From a virus (lineage: Duplodnaviria > Heunggongvirae > Uroviricota > Caudoviricetes), in the IMG/VR virus record IMGVR_UViG_3300047444_000069, positions 64,001 through 128,000 of that record: 64,000 bases of DNA; one strand, written 5' to 3'. The notes beneath the pieces were generated by a model. The model worked only from the letters and a program-made list of their open reading frames with translations, had not been told where the DNA came from and made no database searches. Positions 26,208-36,222 of this stretch are shown here, piece by piece. How positions within the stretch are numbered: position 1 is the first letter of the stretch; each line of letters opens with the position of its first letter. The position numbers were made by a program, and so were the translations under genes.

Positions 26208-28183
26208 TGAACAACATTTCTTCGCTGATTCAGTCTCAGTTTCCGCAGTTCGTACAGGAGGACTATCCTGCACTGATTGCGTTTATTGAGGCTTATTACA
26301 AATACCTCGAACTTGAGAAGAACCCACAAGACATCCTCTCGAACCTGATCGCATATGCGGACATCGACAGGACGCTGGATGAATTCGTTTCCAAGTTCGA
26401 GAAGCAGTACTTGAATGGTCTGCCCCAAGAAGTGAAAGGGGACAAGCGCACCTTCATGAAGTATGTGAAGGACTTGTACAACACCAAGGGTACTGAGGAA
26501 TCGTTCCGACTGTTGTTCCGTCTTCTGTTTAACGAAGAAATCGAGATTGTTTATCCCAAACAACAGATGCTTCGTCTCTCGGATGGTAAGTGGTCCCAAC
26601 GAGTGTCGGTCAAGGTGGTTCTTGATCCGGGCGTCGATGTAACAAATGTACTGAACAAGAAGATCAAGATTTGGACGATGAATGGTGTCATCAACACCTA
26701 CATCAAGGATTTCATCTTCCAGTCAGACGAAATTTACGAAATCTTCATCGACAAGACGTTTGGTATCAACATCGCGCCGGGTGATCGTGTCACTGGTATG
26801 GACTTCGGCGCGACCACGGTCCCGACCACTACCAAGATGCTGATCACATCACCCGGCAACGGTTTTCACGTTGGACAGGTGTTTGATGTCTCATCGGTTC
26901 TGGGTACGGGCACGAAGATCAAGGTCACGAAGATCGACGCCAATGGCGGCATTAAGCGTGCGGCCTTCATCCAGTTCGGTACGGGGTATGAAGCGGACTT
27001 CATGGTCCAATTCGCATCCTCGCAACGTACATCTGGCGCACTCGATCCGTTCCAGTCCTACACGAACGGCTTCAAGGAAAACGTGCTGGTCACGAAGGTC
27101 ACGTACTTTGCTTCAGATTACGTGGCAATTGACTATTCGGGTCAAGTGGTGGGTTCGTCTGTCTTGGATGATTATCGCCCAGACAATGCACAAGCTGCGA
27201 CCACACAGCCCGCAGTGATTCAGTTCTACCTTGGCGCACTGTGTACCTATCGCGGCGAGTACACCACGGCGGACGGCTTCCTGTCGGATGTCAACGTGAT
27301 TCAGGACGGCTACCTCTATCAAGACTTCAGCTACGTCATCAAGTCGCAGCAGAAGATTGAGGACTACGCAGCAGTTGTCAAGAAACTGTGTCACCCGGCT
27401 GGCACGATCATGTTCGGGGAGATGTCCCTTGATTCTGACGTGGATGTGGGCGTGACCTATGAGTACTTCAAGGTTCTGGCCGAACAGTTGCGCATGACGG
27501 ACATTGCAACATCGTCCGATTCGATGACGTTTGCCACTGGCAAGGCGTTGATTGATTCTCTGGCTGGTTCTGTAGATGCCATCGCATTCTCCACTGGCAA
27601 GGCACTGACGGACACGCTGGCTGGTTCGACAGAATCGGTAGCCAAGCTGACCGGTAAGGCACTGACGGACGCTCTCGCGGGTTCTGTCGATGCCATCGCG
27701 TTGTTGACTGGTAAGAACCTGACGGATGCACTGACCGGTTCGACTGATGCCATCTCGACATTCGTGACCCTGAAGGTATTGGCTGATGCACTGACCGGTT
27801 CTTTGGATTCGGCAACGATTGAGACTGACAAGGCACTGACGGACGCTCTCGCGGGTTCTGTTGATGCCATCTCGACATTCGTGACAGGTAAGAACGTCAC
27901 GGACACGCTGGCTGGTTCATCCGAGACGGTGACGTTCGCAACCGGCAAGGCACTGGCGGACAGTCTGGCCGGGATCATCGAAGCACTCGCAATCGCAACC
28001 AGTACCGGGTTCGTAGACAGTCTGGTCGGTTCAGACGATAGCGGCATTGTACTAAATACTAGTAGGCCAATTGCCGATTCATTGTCTGGTTCGGACGATT
28101 CAAGCATCTCGGCTTATCTGTTCAACTACTCGGACGTAACTTATTTTGCCGACTCATCCTATGTTGGCACATCCGTAATGTAA
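26207..28183 (+). CDS. gp7: Baseplate wedge initiator (gp7-like) with C-terminal tandem repeats
   Basis: PQFVQEDYPALIAFIEAYY..YNTKGTEESF..DGYLYQDFSYVIKS..HPAG; position after gp6. Confidence 0.75.
   Translation: MNNISSLIQSQFPQFVQEDYPALIAFIEAYYKYLELEKNPQDILSNLIAYADIDRTLDEFVSKFEKQYLNGLPQEVKGDKRTFMKYVKDLYNTKGTEESFRLLFRLLFNEEIEIVYPKQQMLRLSDGKWSQRVSVKVVLDPGVDVTNVLNKKIKIWTMNGVINTYIKDFIFQSDEIYEIFIDKTFGINIAPGDRVTGMDFGATTVPTTTKMLITSPGNGFHVGQVFDVSSVLGTGTKIKVTKIDANGGIKRAAFIQFGTGYEADFMVQFASSQRTSGALDPFQSYTNGFKENVLVTKVTYFASDYVAIDYSGQVVGSSVLDDYRPDNAQAATTQPAVIQFYLGALCTYRGEYTTADGFLSDVNVIQDGYLYQDFSYVIKSQQKIEDYAAVVKKLCHPAGTIMFGEMSLDSDVDVGVTYEYFKVLAEQLRMTDIATSSDSMTFATGKALIDSLAGSVDAIAFSTGKALTDTLAGSTESVAKLTGKALTDALAGSVDAIALLTGKNLTDALTGSTDAISTFVTLKVLADALTGSLDSATIETDKALTDALAGSVDAISTFVTGKNVTDTLAGSSETVTFATGKALADSLAGIIEALAIATSTGFVDSLVGSDDSGIVLNTSRPIADSLSGSDDSSISAYLFNYSDVTYFADSSYVGTSVM
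27536..28110 (+). repeat. About 10 tandem 19-20 aa (57-60 nt) repeats TGKALTD.LAGS.DAI
   Basis: Near-identical DNA units, e.g. aaggcactgacggacgctctcgcgggttctgt at about 27656 and 27830. Confidence 0.85.
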
Positions 28184-28203
28184 ATTAAGGAAACCAAACC
28201 AAA

Positions 28204-28647
28204 ATGCTGAAAGAAACATTTCAAGCTGTCGGCACACTGAAGATTGAACACCGTGATGCCAACGGCAAACTGATCGAAGAACGTAACCTGAAGAACCTGA
28301 TCACCGATCTGGGTAAGGGCTTCATCGCTGCACGCATGTCCGCAACGGGCACGCCGACCGCGATGTCGCACATGGCTATCGGTACAGGCACGACCGCCGC
28401 ATCGGGCGCACAAACGACACTGGTGACGGAAGGCGGTCGTTCGGCCCTCACGTCCACGACTGTTAGCACGAACACCGTGACCTATGTCGCGACGTTCGGC
28501 GCGGGTGTTGGTACGGGTGCAGTGACCGAAGCGGGTATCTTCAACGCTTCGTCAGCGGGCACGATGCTGAACCGTACTGTGTTCTCGGCCATCAACAAGG
28601 GCGCGAGCGACACAATTACAATTACGTGGGTTGTAACCATCCAGTAA
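28204..28647 (+). CDS. Virion structural protein (tail-fibre/collar N-terminal-like)
   Basis: NLITDLGK..MAIGTGTTA..VTEAGIFN..MLNRTVF..INK. Confidence 0.7.
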   Translation: MLKETFQAVGTLKIEHRDANGKLIEERNLKNLITDLGKGFIAARMSATGTPTAMSHMAIGTGTTAASGAQTTLVTEGGRSALTSTTVSTNTVTYVATFGAGVGTGAVTEAGIFNASSAGTMLNRTVFSAINKGASDTITITWVVTIQ

Positions 28648-28726
28648 GGTTCACGTAATTTAGTTGTAAAAGATTGGCAGTCCTGATGATTCGGGACTGC
28701 CGGGATAGATTCACATGGGATAAACA

Positions 28727-31159
28727 ATGGACTACGTACTGAAGTCATCAATTCATACAGTGATTGGCGAAACGATCATTGCGGACATCCGTTCGCAGCG
28801 TTCGGCCTATTACTTCTTTGTCGGCGGGCTTGATACCACTGGCGGCACAGGCACGACCAGTGCAGACGATACCTACACGTATGAATTGGGCGTGCGCAAC
28901 CAGATGGTGTCACTGAAGAAGATTCAGGATTCCGATGTTTCCTTCGTTGTCCCTCGCATCGATTGGACCAGTGGTAGCGTCTATGACCAGTACGATGACT
29001 ATGCGCCTGATTACCTCGCGGCATCAGGCGCTAGTTCTATTGCATCCGCACAATTCTATGTGGTGACGGATGAATACAAGGTCTACAAGTGCCTGTTCAA
29101 TAACAATGGTGTGCCGTCTACGGTCAAACCGACCTCGACGCTGGCAACCCCGTTCTACTCGTCGGATGGCTATCGCTGGAAGTTCATGTACCTGATTCCA
29201 CTGTCGGCACGTAACCGGTTCATGAACAATGCGTTCATCCCGGTGCAGACAGCATTGCTGGACAACTTCTATTCAGCGGGCCAAATCCTCACCACGGCGA
29301 TTCTCAATAAAGGCACTGGCTACACAACCGCATCGATCCTGATCGATGGTGACGGCCAAGGTGCGATCCTGACGCCTGTGATTTCAGGTGGACAGATCAT
29401 TCAGGTGATCGTGACCAATCCGGGCACTGGTTACACCTATGCCAACCTGACGGTATCGGGTAATGGTACGGGTGCGAATGTCGTGGCAACCCTCTCTGTG
29501 GGCGATCTGGACACAGCACAGGCCGATGTCGAACTGTTGGCCCAACGCGGCACGATTGAAGCCTACCGTATCACCAATGGTGGGGCAGGTTATCAAGCAC
29601 TCTCGGCACAGACCAGTGGCCTGACTAACGGGACTACGAACCAATTCCAGATCACGGATGGCGGCGCTGTTGTCAATAACGGTCAGAACGTGGCGATCTA
29701 TCGAAACAACTGGCAAGGCAATCAGCAACAGTACACATCTCCGCGTACCAACTATCTGTCGTACTCCCAACAGTTCGACAATGCGGCATGGACCAAGAGC
29801 AACATGACGGTCATTGCCAATGCGATTACTGCCCCGGATGGCACGGTGACGGCAGAACATATTGGCGACACGGATACGACGACCACGACCCGTAGCCTTC
29901 AGCATTTGTCGAACACCACTGCTAACGCTGCGGCCCCGAACACATACTCGATTTTCGTGAAGAAGGGTGAACGTAACTACGTCATCCTACGCATGATCGC
30001 GACGAATGCGACAACGAACTACTGTACGGCATGGTTTGACATCAATACGGGTGTTGTCTCTGGTACAACTAACGTAGGTAGTGCTGTCGGAACAACGGCA
30101 AGCATCACTCCTTATCCAAATGGTTGGTATCGCCTCTCCATCACTGGCACGCCGAATCCGGGTGTGACAAGCCAAGGTGTGGCCTGTTTCGTTGCTGCGC
30201 CGGTGACATTGGGGAACAGTTCGAACTATACGGGTGTGACTGGTTCGGGCATCTATGTCTGGGGTGCGCAACACGAAGATGGTTCTGTGATGACTTCGTA
30301 CATCCCGACGACCACGGCTGCGATCACTCAGACTGACATCACCCTGACGGCTGACGGTCGCGTGACGTTCACGAACAATCCGAGCAACGGCGACTACATC
30401 ACTTGGTCCGGTAAGTACATCCCCTCGATTGGTGGTGTGGCAATCAATGTAGTTGGTTCTCCTGTGGTTTCGCTGGACACCCTGACGGGTCCGACTGTGG
30501 CAATTGATGGTGACGGCACGGATGCAGCGGGTTATCCGATCATCTCTAATGGTCAGATTGCGGGCATCATCGTGACCAATCCGGGCAAGAACTACACGTA
30601 TGCGAAGGTGACGATCAGCGGCAACGGCCAAAATGCAACGGCTGTGCCGATCTATGCGCCGCCCGGTGGACATGGCAAGAACGCCATCAACGAACTGTTT
30701 GCAACGCGGCTGTGCTTCTTCAGCAACCTTCTGAACGACAACAACCAAGGTATAGCGGTGTCGAACCGTTTCACTACGATTGGCTTGCTTCGGAATCCTA
30801 GTGAATATGCATCAGACCGGTTCTATTCGGCAGCGGCAGCATCGGGTTGCAATGTGATCACCTTTAATGGACCGGCACCGGCCCAGAGCGATCTATTGAC
30901 GGATCGCACAACCGGTAATCGTTTCCAAGTGGTGCAAGTGTCTGGCACAAATTTGTTGTTGCAGAACCTTGACAATTACGAACTCCCAAGTAATTCGTCT
31001 CTCCTAAATAATAATTCGGGTGGACAAATTACAGCGACCTACGTGACTGACCCGTCCATCGACAAATTCTCTGGTGATCTGATGTTCATCGACAACTTCG
31101 CTATCAATCAGCAAGCCGGTCAGCAGATCATTATTTTCAAGACAACACTCAAATTCTAA
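28727..31159 (+). CDS. gp8: Baseplate wedge subunit gp8 with a large internal insertion
   Basis: FVVPRIDWTSGSVYDQY..FYVVTDEYKVYKCLFNN..DGYRWKFMY; PPGGHGKNAINEL; IDKFSGDLMFIDN. Confidence 0.85.
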   Translation: MDYVLKSSIHTVIGETIIADIRSQRSAYYFFVGGLDTTGGTGTTSADDTYTYELGVRNQMVSLKKIQDSDVSFVVPRIDWTSGSVYDQYDDYAPDYLAASGASSIASAQFYVVTDEYKVYKCLFNNNGVPSTVKPTSTLATPFYSSDGYRWKFMYLIPLSARNRFMNNAFIPVQTALLDNFYSAGQILTTAILNKGTGYTTASILIDGDGQGAILTPVISGGQIIQVIVTNPGTGYTYANLTVSGNGTGANVVATLSVGDLDTAQADVELLAQRGTIEAYRITNGGAGYQALSAQTSGLTNGTTNQFQITDGGAVVNNGQNVAIYRNNWQGNQQQYTSPRTNYLSYSQQFDNAAWTKSNMTVIANAITAPDGTVTAEHIGDTDTTTTTRSLQHLSNTTANAAAPNTYSIFVKKGERNYVILRMIATNATTNYCTAWFDINTGVVSGTTNVGSAVGTTASITPYPNGWYRLSITGTPNPGVTSQGVACFVAAPVTLGNSSNYTGVTGSGIYVWGAQHEDGSVMTSYIPTTTAAITQTDITLTADGRVTFTNNPSNGDYITWSGKYIPSIGGVAINVVGSPVVSLDTLTGPTVAIDGDGTDAAGYPIISNGQIAGIIVTNPGKNYTYAKVTISGNGQNATAVPIYAPPGGHGKNAINELFATRLCFFSNLLNDNNQGIAVSNRFTTIGLLRNPSEYASDRFYSAAAASGCNVITFNGPAPAQSDLLTDRTTGNRFQVVQVSGTNLLLQNLDNYELPSNSSLLNNNSGGQITATYVTDPSIDKFSGDLMFIDNFAINQQAGQQIIIFKTTLKF

Positions 31160-31162
31160 GAC

Positions 31163-34100
31163 ATGGCAACGTACACAATGGTTTATCGCGGTACGAAAGG
31201 TTCGCCGCTGACGAATGCGGAAGTTGATGGCAACTTCCAGAACCTTGATACCTACAAAGCGCCACTGGATAACCCCGCGTTCACGACTGCCGTGGGCGTG
31301 ACAGGTTCGGTGACGGCTGTCAGTGCATCGGGCGCACTCATTGCCTCGAACGGTTCGGGTACGGGCCAAACGTCGATCCAGTTGAAGCGGGTTGGTGCGG
31401 CTACGGACCAGAAGATGTACGAAGTTATGCAAGATAGTACGGGGAACTTCGTTCTTCGTTCTATCAACGACGCATACACATCGAACTTCACCTTCCTGTC
31501 TGCCAAGCGCAGCACGACCTACACGCTCGCATCCCTGCAACTGATGGGTTCGGGTGGTCGCGTGCTGATTGGCACTGGTGCGGATGATGGCGTCAATGCG
31601 CTTCAGGTGACGGGCAATATTGAAGGCGATTCGAAACTGTCGCTGACGGGCACGACATCGGGTATTGAACTTGGTTCGACTACTTCAACTGGCACGCCGA
31701 CTGTGGACTTCCACTCGTCGGGCACAACTGCGGACTATGACGCTCGCATTTCGGCCACTGGTGGTTCGGCTACGGTTGGACAAGGTACGCTCACGGCTAC
31801 GGCCCTGAACATCATCCTGACTTCGGGTGGTTCGCCTACGCTGACGCTGAACAACGGCGGTCGGGCGCTCCTGAACACGTCTACGGACGATGGCGCGACC
31901 ATGCTTCAGATCAAGTCTGGGGCAACGGGTCATGGTCTGACGGTTCAGCGCAATGCACAATCGCTTCAGTACATCTCAATTGATACGGCATCGGGACTTG
32001 ATACTAACGCCTCGGCTGACAATAAGATCGTTTCATACTCGCCCACGACTGCGGCCAAGCCCCTCTACATTCATTCGACCACGGATGAAGCGGGCACGGC
32101 TGCGACCAATGGTGTGCCGGGTATCAACTTCAAGGTTTATAACGCAACCTATGGCCGCTTCTGGTCAACGGGTCGCTTTGGCCTCGGTGCGTCTGTCACG
32201 GACGATGGTTCATCGCAGCTTCAGGTGCAAGGTACGGCCACGGTTACGGGTGACATCGTTGGTACGGGTTCGTCCACAGTTCGTTCGGACTACCGATTCG
32301 TTGTCGCGCGTAATTCGACATCGTTCAATCCGTACATGTACATCATCAATTCGGCATGGACACAATCAGCACTGCCGACTAGCCAGACGCTTCTTGGACA
32401 GATTTCAAACAAGTGGGGTTCGACTACAGCGGATGATACAGCGGGCACGACTGCTTCGGACATCCTGACCTACGGTAACACCGATGGTACGGCCAACATG
32501 TTGCTTCAGGCGCGTAATGCGGCTGGTACGGCAACCGGTAAGGTATGGGTCAACGGTTCGGGTACGGTGGTGGTTAATTCGTCCTATGACGACAAGAGCA
32601 CGATCTTCATCGTCAACAAGGCGGCAAGCGCATCTTCGCCCATCAATACACCGACGACCCGCATTATTGATGATGGCAATGCTACGTCTGGCGGTCTGGC
32701 GATTGAATCGTACCAACCGATCATCCAACTGATTGACCGTTCGACCGGTGCGAAGAACAGTCGCATCATGCAGAACTCGGGTACGATCTATTTCGCGAAT
32801 GATCCGGGCGACAATTCGGGTTCCTATGCTGCACCGGGCTTCACTGTTAACCCGGATGGTTACATCCAAGTGGGCAGTGGTGGTGCGCCGTCAATCAACG
32901 TGTGGGCCTATCTGAACGGTTCGTCCGTGGGTACGGGTGCGTCGCAATATGGCGTGTACTTCAACGGTGAATTCAATTCGGCTGCGACGAGTACCGGTTA
33001 TTCGTTCCTCTCGACACCGAAGGTTCAGGCAGCTTCCTTCACGATGGCGTCTCTGAACGGATTCTACGCGCAGACACCTGTGTTGGGGTCTGGTGCGACT
33101 GTCACGGCCTATCGTGCGTTCTATGCGACCGACAGCAGCATTGCGGGTAGCAACTTCGGTTTCTACAGCAATATGGGGTCTGGTGCGAACAAGTGGAACT
33201 TCTATGCTAACGGTTCGGCACTGAGCTACTTTAACGGCGCTGTATTGATTGGTAGTACTACGGATAACGGTGTCGATAAGCTTCAGGTGACCGGTTCGGC
33301 CACGGTGACGGGCAATGTCAACGTTGGTAGCGTGACGTTCCCGGACGGTACTGTGCAATTGACTGCGCCGATGGGTCGCAACCGGATTATCAACGGTGCA
33401 TGTGACATCCTTCAGCGCGCCGCGACATTCGTAGCAAGTAACGCGGGCACGCAAGCCGGGTATTCAGTCGATAGAATGCGAACTGCTATGACCCTGACTA
33501 CGGGTGTAATCACTCAGGGACAGAATGCGGGTGGTATCACTGATCCTTATAGCGGTATTGCCAAGAATTCTGTGTATGCAATAGCGACGACTCCTATCAC
33601 TTCCATTTCAGCGACGGGTTCTTTGGCTCCTATCGGCCAGTATATCGAAGGTTTCAACTGTTATGACCTTGTTGGACAGCCAGTGACGGTTTCGTTCTTG
33701 TTCCGTTCAAGCGTAAGTGGCTTATATTCGGTCACGCTGCGTGATGGTACGGCGACGCAAACGTGTGTGATGACGTTCAACTATACGGCTGTAACGCCAT
33801 TTACGCGGGTGGTGTTGACGTTCCCGACCCTTCCGTTGAATCTGGCTGTACCGAAATCCGCTTCTGCGGGTCTGTACCTGTTTATCGGTGGGATTGGAAC
33901 TCAGACGGCAACGTCCACGGTTGGTTCATGGGTTACTGGTGGTTTTTCGTGCGCAACTGGTAGTGTCAATTGGGCCTCAACGACGAATAACGCGATTTGG
34001 GTAACGGACCTTCAGCTTGAAGCTGGAACGGTTGCTACACCGTTTGAACGCCGTTCGTATGGTCAGGAACGCGCGTTATGTCAGCGGTACTTCCAAATTT

Positions 34101-34348
34101 TCTACAACTGCATCCTCGGTGGGTATGGGACTGCCGGTAGCGGGATATGGGCGACCTATACGCGTCCAGTAGAAATGCGTACCACGCCGACTACCAAGCT
34201 TACCAGCACGCCATCCTATAACAACGGTAGCGGAATATCGTGCTTCTACGCGGCGACTGACATATTCAAGTTGACTATGAATGTTACGACTGGCCCCGGT
34301 GCTGCCTATTGCGATAGCGCGACCTTTACATTCGACGCTGAATTCTAA
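31163..34348 (+). CDS. Tail fibre protein
   Basis: RGTKGSPLTNAEVDGNF N-terminus; repeated GRVLIG..DDG...LQV knots; C-terminal RNRIING..LEAGTVATPFERRSYGQERALCQRY. Confidence 0.85.
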   Translation: MATYTMVYRGTKGSPLTNAEVDGNFQNLDTYKAPLDNPAFTTAVGVTGSVTAVSASGALIASNGSGTGQTSIQLKRVGAATDQKMYEVMQDSTGNFVLRSINDAYTSNFTFLSAKRSTTYTLASLQLMGSGGRVLIGTGADDGVNALQVTGNIEGDSKLSLTGTTSGIELGSTTSTGTPTVDFHSSGTTADYDARISATGGSATVGQGTLTATALNIILTSGGSPTLTLNNGGRALLNTSTDDGATMLQIKSGATGHGLTVQRNAQSLQYISIDTASGLDTNASADNKIVSYSPTTAAKPLYIHSTTDEAGTAATNGVPGINFKVYNATYGRFWSTGRFGLGASVTDDGSSQLQVQGTATVTGDIVGTGSSTVRSDYRFVVARNSTSFNPYMYIINSAWTQSALPTSQTLLGQISNKWGSTTADDTAGTTASDILTYGNTDGTANMLLQARNAAGTATGKVWVNGSGTVVVNSSYDDKSTIFIVNKAASASSPINTPTTRIIDDGNATSGGLAIESYQPIIQLIDRSTGAKNSRIMQNSGTIYFANDPGDNSGSYAAPGFTVNPDGYIQVGSGGAPSINVWAYLNGSSVGTGASQYGVYFNGEFNSAATSTGYSFLSTPKVQAASFTMASLNGFYAQTPVLGSGATVTAYRAFYATDSSIAGSNFGFYSNMGSGANKWNFYANGSALSYFNGAVLIGSTTDNGVDKLQVTGSATVTGNVNVGSVTFPDGTVQLTAPMGRNRIINGACDILQRAATFVASNAGTQAGYSVDRMRTAMTLTTGVITQGQNAGGITDPYSGIAKNSVYAIATTPITSISATGSLAPIGQYIEGFNCYDLVGQPVTVSFLFRSSVSGLYSVTLRDGTATQTCVMTFNYTAVTPFTRVVLTFPTLPLNLAVPKSASAGLYLFIGGIGTQTATSTVGSWVTGGFSCATGSVNWASTTNNAIWVTDLQLEAGTVATPFERRSYGQERALCQRYFQIFYNCILGGYGTAGSGIWATYTRPVEMRTTPTTKLTSTPSYNNGSGISCFYAATDIFKLTMNVTTGPGAAYCDSATFTFDAEF

Positions 34349-34351
34349 ACG

Positions 34352-34867
34352 ATGACCTACACAATCAATCAAAACGGGAGCATCGTTCGGGATTCGGATG
34401 GTGCGACTGTCCCGGTCGATCCACACAATTCGGACTACATTGCTTTTCTTCAATGGCAGGGTGCGGGCAACCAAGTCACTGTTATTGTGGATAGTCTGGC
34501 GGATGTGATCCAGCAGTTGTCAAATGACATTGATTCGCAGGTTGCCAGTATCTATTCAGGTTGGACCCGTTTCCAACAAGAGTATCTACTGCGCCAAGCT
34601 GCGGCCCAATCGTTCAAGGATGCTAACTATGTTGGCGATCCGGGCGTCTGGGTCACAGCCTTCGCGGATGCTGCTGGACTATCGAATCGAGTAGCAACGG
34701 ATTCGATCCTCGGTCAAGCTACATTGCTGAATGATGCCCTCGAAGCCCTTGGCGCACAACGGATGCGGAAGTACGAAATCCTGAAGGCGGCAGACAAGAC
34801 GGCGGCGCAGTCGTCCCATGATGACATCGTAAGCCACATCAAGACTATCGCGGCTGCACTCAGTTAA
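34352..34867 (+). CDS. Putative tail fibre assembly chaperone
   Basis: IVRDSDGATVPVDPHNSDYIAFLQW..GN; directly after the fibre gene. Confidence 0.7.
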   Translation: MTYTINQNGSIVRDSDGATVPVDPHNSDYIAFLQWQGAGNQVTVIVDSLADVIQQLSNDIDSQVASIYSGWTRFQQEYLLRQAAAQSFKDANYVGDPGVWVTAFADAAGLSNRVATDSILGQATLLNDALEALGAQRMRKYEILKAADKTAAQSSHDDIVSHIKTIAAALS

Positions 34868-34876
34868 ACCATATTG

Positions 34877-34900
34877 GCCCGGACTTGTTCCGGGCTTTTT
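34877..34900 (+). terminator. Rho-independent terminator
   Basis: GCCCGGA/TCCGGGC stem plus T5. Confidence 0.8.
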
Positions 34901-34915
34901 CCTTTGGAGTACATA

Positions 34916-35470
34916 ATGATCTACCTGAAATACGCGTTCCAAACTGTCCTGAATCTGTTGTTCACCCTGTTCGCGGTGATTGTGGCCCCATACGTCGCAC
35001 TATTTGCGGGGAAAGACGGCTGGTTGCCCGACTATCTCAAATGGTTTCAGACCTTTGATGCCTCACTCGATGCTGGTTGGCAAGATGGCTATTTCGGCAC
35101 GTTCTCAGCCCCGCCTACCGGTTGGCGACTGTGGTGGTTACGTACTAAGTGGCTGTGGCGCAATCCGGCCTATGGCTTCTGTTATTGGGTTCTGGGCACA
35201 TCGTTCAAGCCGGAAGACTGGACGGTCGAACAGTTCGTCCAAGATGGCAACTACAGCCTGTTCGTGGCCCGGTCAAAAGATGGTCATTTCTGCATCTCCT
35301 ACAATGGACCGTGGGGAAGCTGGAAACTTGGCTGGAAAGCATGGAACTACTTCCAGAAGCTTGATGAACAAGGCAAGCCCGTCTGGAATGATAAACCGTG
35401 GGGTCCGCAATGGATTGCCCCGATCAGCTTCACGCCCAACATCATCAAGGCACTGAAGTACAAGAAGTAG
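34916..35470 (+). CDS. Trp-rich phage protein with an N-terminal hydrophobic helix
   Basis: LPDYLKWFQTFDASLD..WLWRNPAYGF; GGAG RBS before ATG 34916. Confidence 0.7.
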   Translation: MIYLKYAFQTVLNLLFTLFAVIVAPYVALFAGKDGWLPDYLKWFQTFDASLDAGWQDGYFGTFSAPPTGWRLWWLRTKWLWRNPAYGFCYWVLGTSFKPEDWTVEQFVQDGNYSLFVARSKDGHFCISYNGPWGSWKLGWKAWNYFQKLDEQGKPVWNDKPWGPQWIAPISFTPNIIKALKYKK

Positions 35471-35475
35471 AAACG

Positions 35476-35508
35476 AAAAAGGGAACCATCGCGGTTCCCT
35501 TTCTTTTT
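35476..35508. terminator. Bidirectional terminator
   Basis: AAAGGGAACC/GGTTCCCTTT flanked by A and T tracts, between convergent genes. Confidence 0.8.
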
Positions 35509-36115
35509 ACAGCTTCACACAGGTGTAGCCTTTGTAGTGTCGTCGTGTTCCTTTAGCTACTTGGGACATCGAACTACCATTCAGGCCGTGTTGCCTACAG
35601 TATTCGTCCTTGTTGACGATTATTTCTTCTACCCCATCGGGACGCGTGATCTTCCATGTAGCTGACTTGTTGGCACGATGCTGATCCGTGAACTTCACGC
35701 CTTTCTTGGCGGACGAAATCTTGGCCTTCGCCTCGCCACTCAGCGTCTTGCCTTTGAGGGAATTGGAAATTTTCTTCTTGGTGTCTTCTGATAGCTTGTA
35801 GCCGTTCTTCCCGTCTCCACCTTCAGTCAGGTTGTACCCGTTAGGTCCGAATGTATCGTATTCCTTGATAAAGAAAGGCTCCATCACCTTATGAGTGTGC
35901 CTTCTTTCTTTGGATTGGTAGATGACTTCGAACGTTAACGCATCTGGGCCATACTTTCGGATGGCTTTGTGGATGTATCTATGGTTGGGGTTTTGTGGAT
36001 CGTGGCTAGTGTAGATATGCTCATTCCAACGTTGCGCCGGAATCTTACTTGTATAGCCTATGTACTGCTTACCGTTTACACGATTGACAATTTTGTAGAT
36101 GGAATAAATATCCAT
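35507..36115 (-). CDS. Free-standing GIY-YIG homing endonuclease
   Basis: SIYKIVNRVNGKQYIGYT..RWNEH; GYNLTEGG; NUMOD3-like repeats. Confidence 0.88.
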   Translation of the reverse strand: MDIYSIYKIVNRVNGKQYIGYTSKIPAQRWNEHIYTSHDPQNPNHRYIHKAIRKYGPDALTFEVIYQSKERRHTHKVMEPFFIKEYDTFGPNGYNLTEGGDGKNGYKLSEDTKKKISNSLKGKTLSGEAKAKISSAKKGVKFTDQHRANKSATWKITRPDGVEEIIVNKDEYCRQHGLNGSSMSQVAKGTRRHYKGYTCVKL

Positions 36116-36124
36116 GCTGGAACG

Positions 36125-36186
36125 CTCCTTTAGTCAGGTTTCTAGGGGTAGTGGGGACGGCAATCCCGCGACTACCAACTATTTAG
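36125..36186 (-). promoter_or_regulatory. Late promoter, hairpin and AAGGAG leader of the endonuclease
   Basis: CTAAATA at 36186-36180; hairpin at 36147-36176; SD at 36125-36130. Confidence 0.7.
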
Positions 36187-36222
36187 TTTTTCTGACATCT
36201 TCAGAAACGTAAGGACTACTCA

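Noticed and set aside
27457..28107. 216-aa antisense ORF with repeats
   Set aside because: It is the mirror of the gp7-like repeat region, open only because of codon bias.
27536..28110. Possible CRISPR array or DGR template
   Set aside because: The repeats are in-frame coding units without unique spacers, and no cas or reverse transcriptase gene is in the window.
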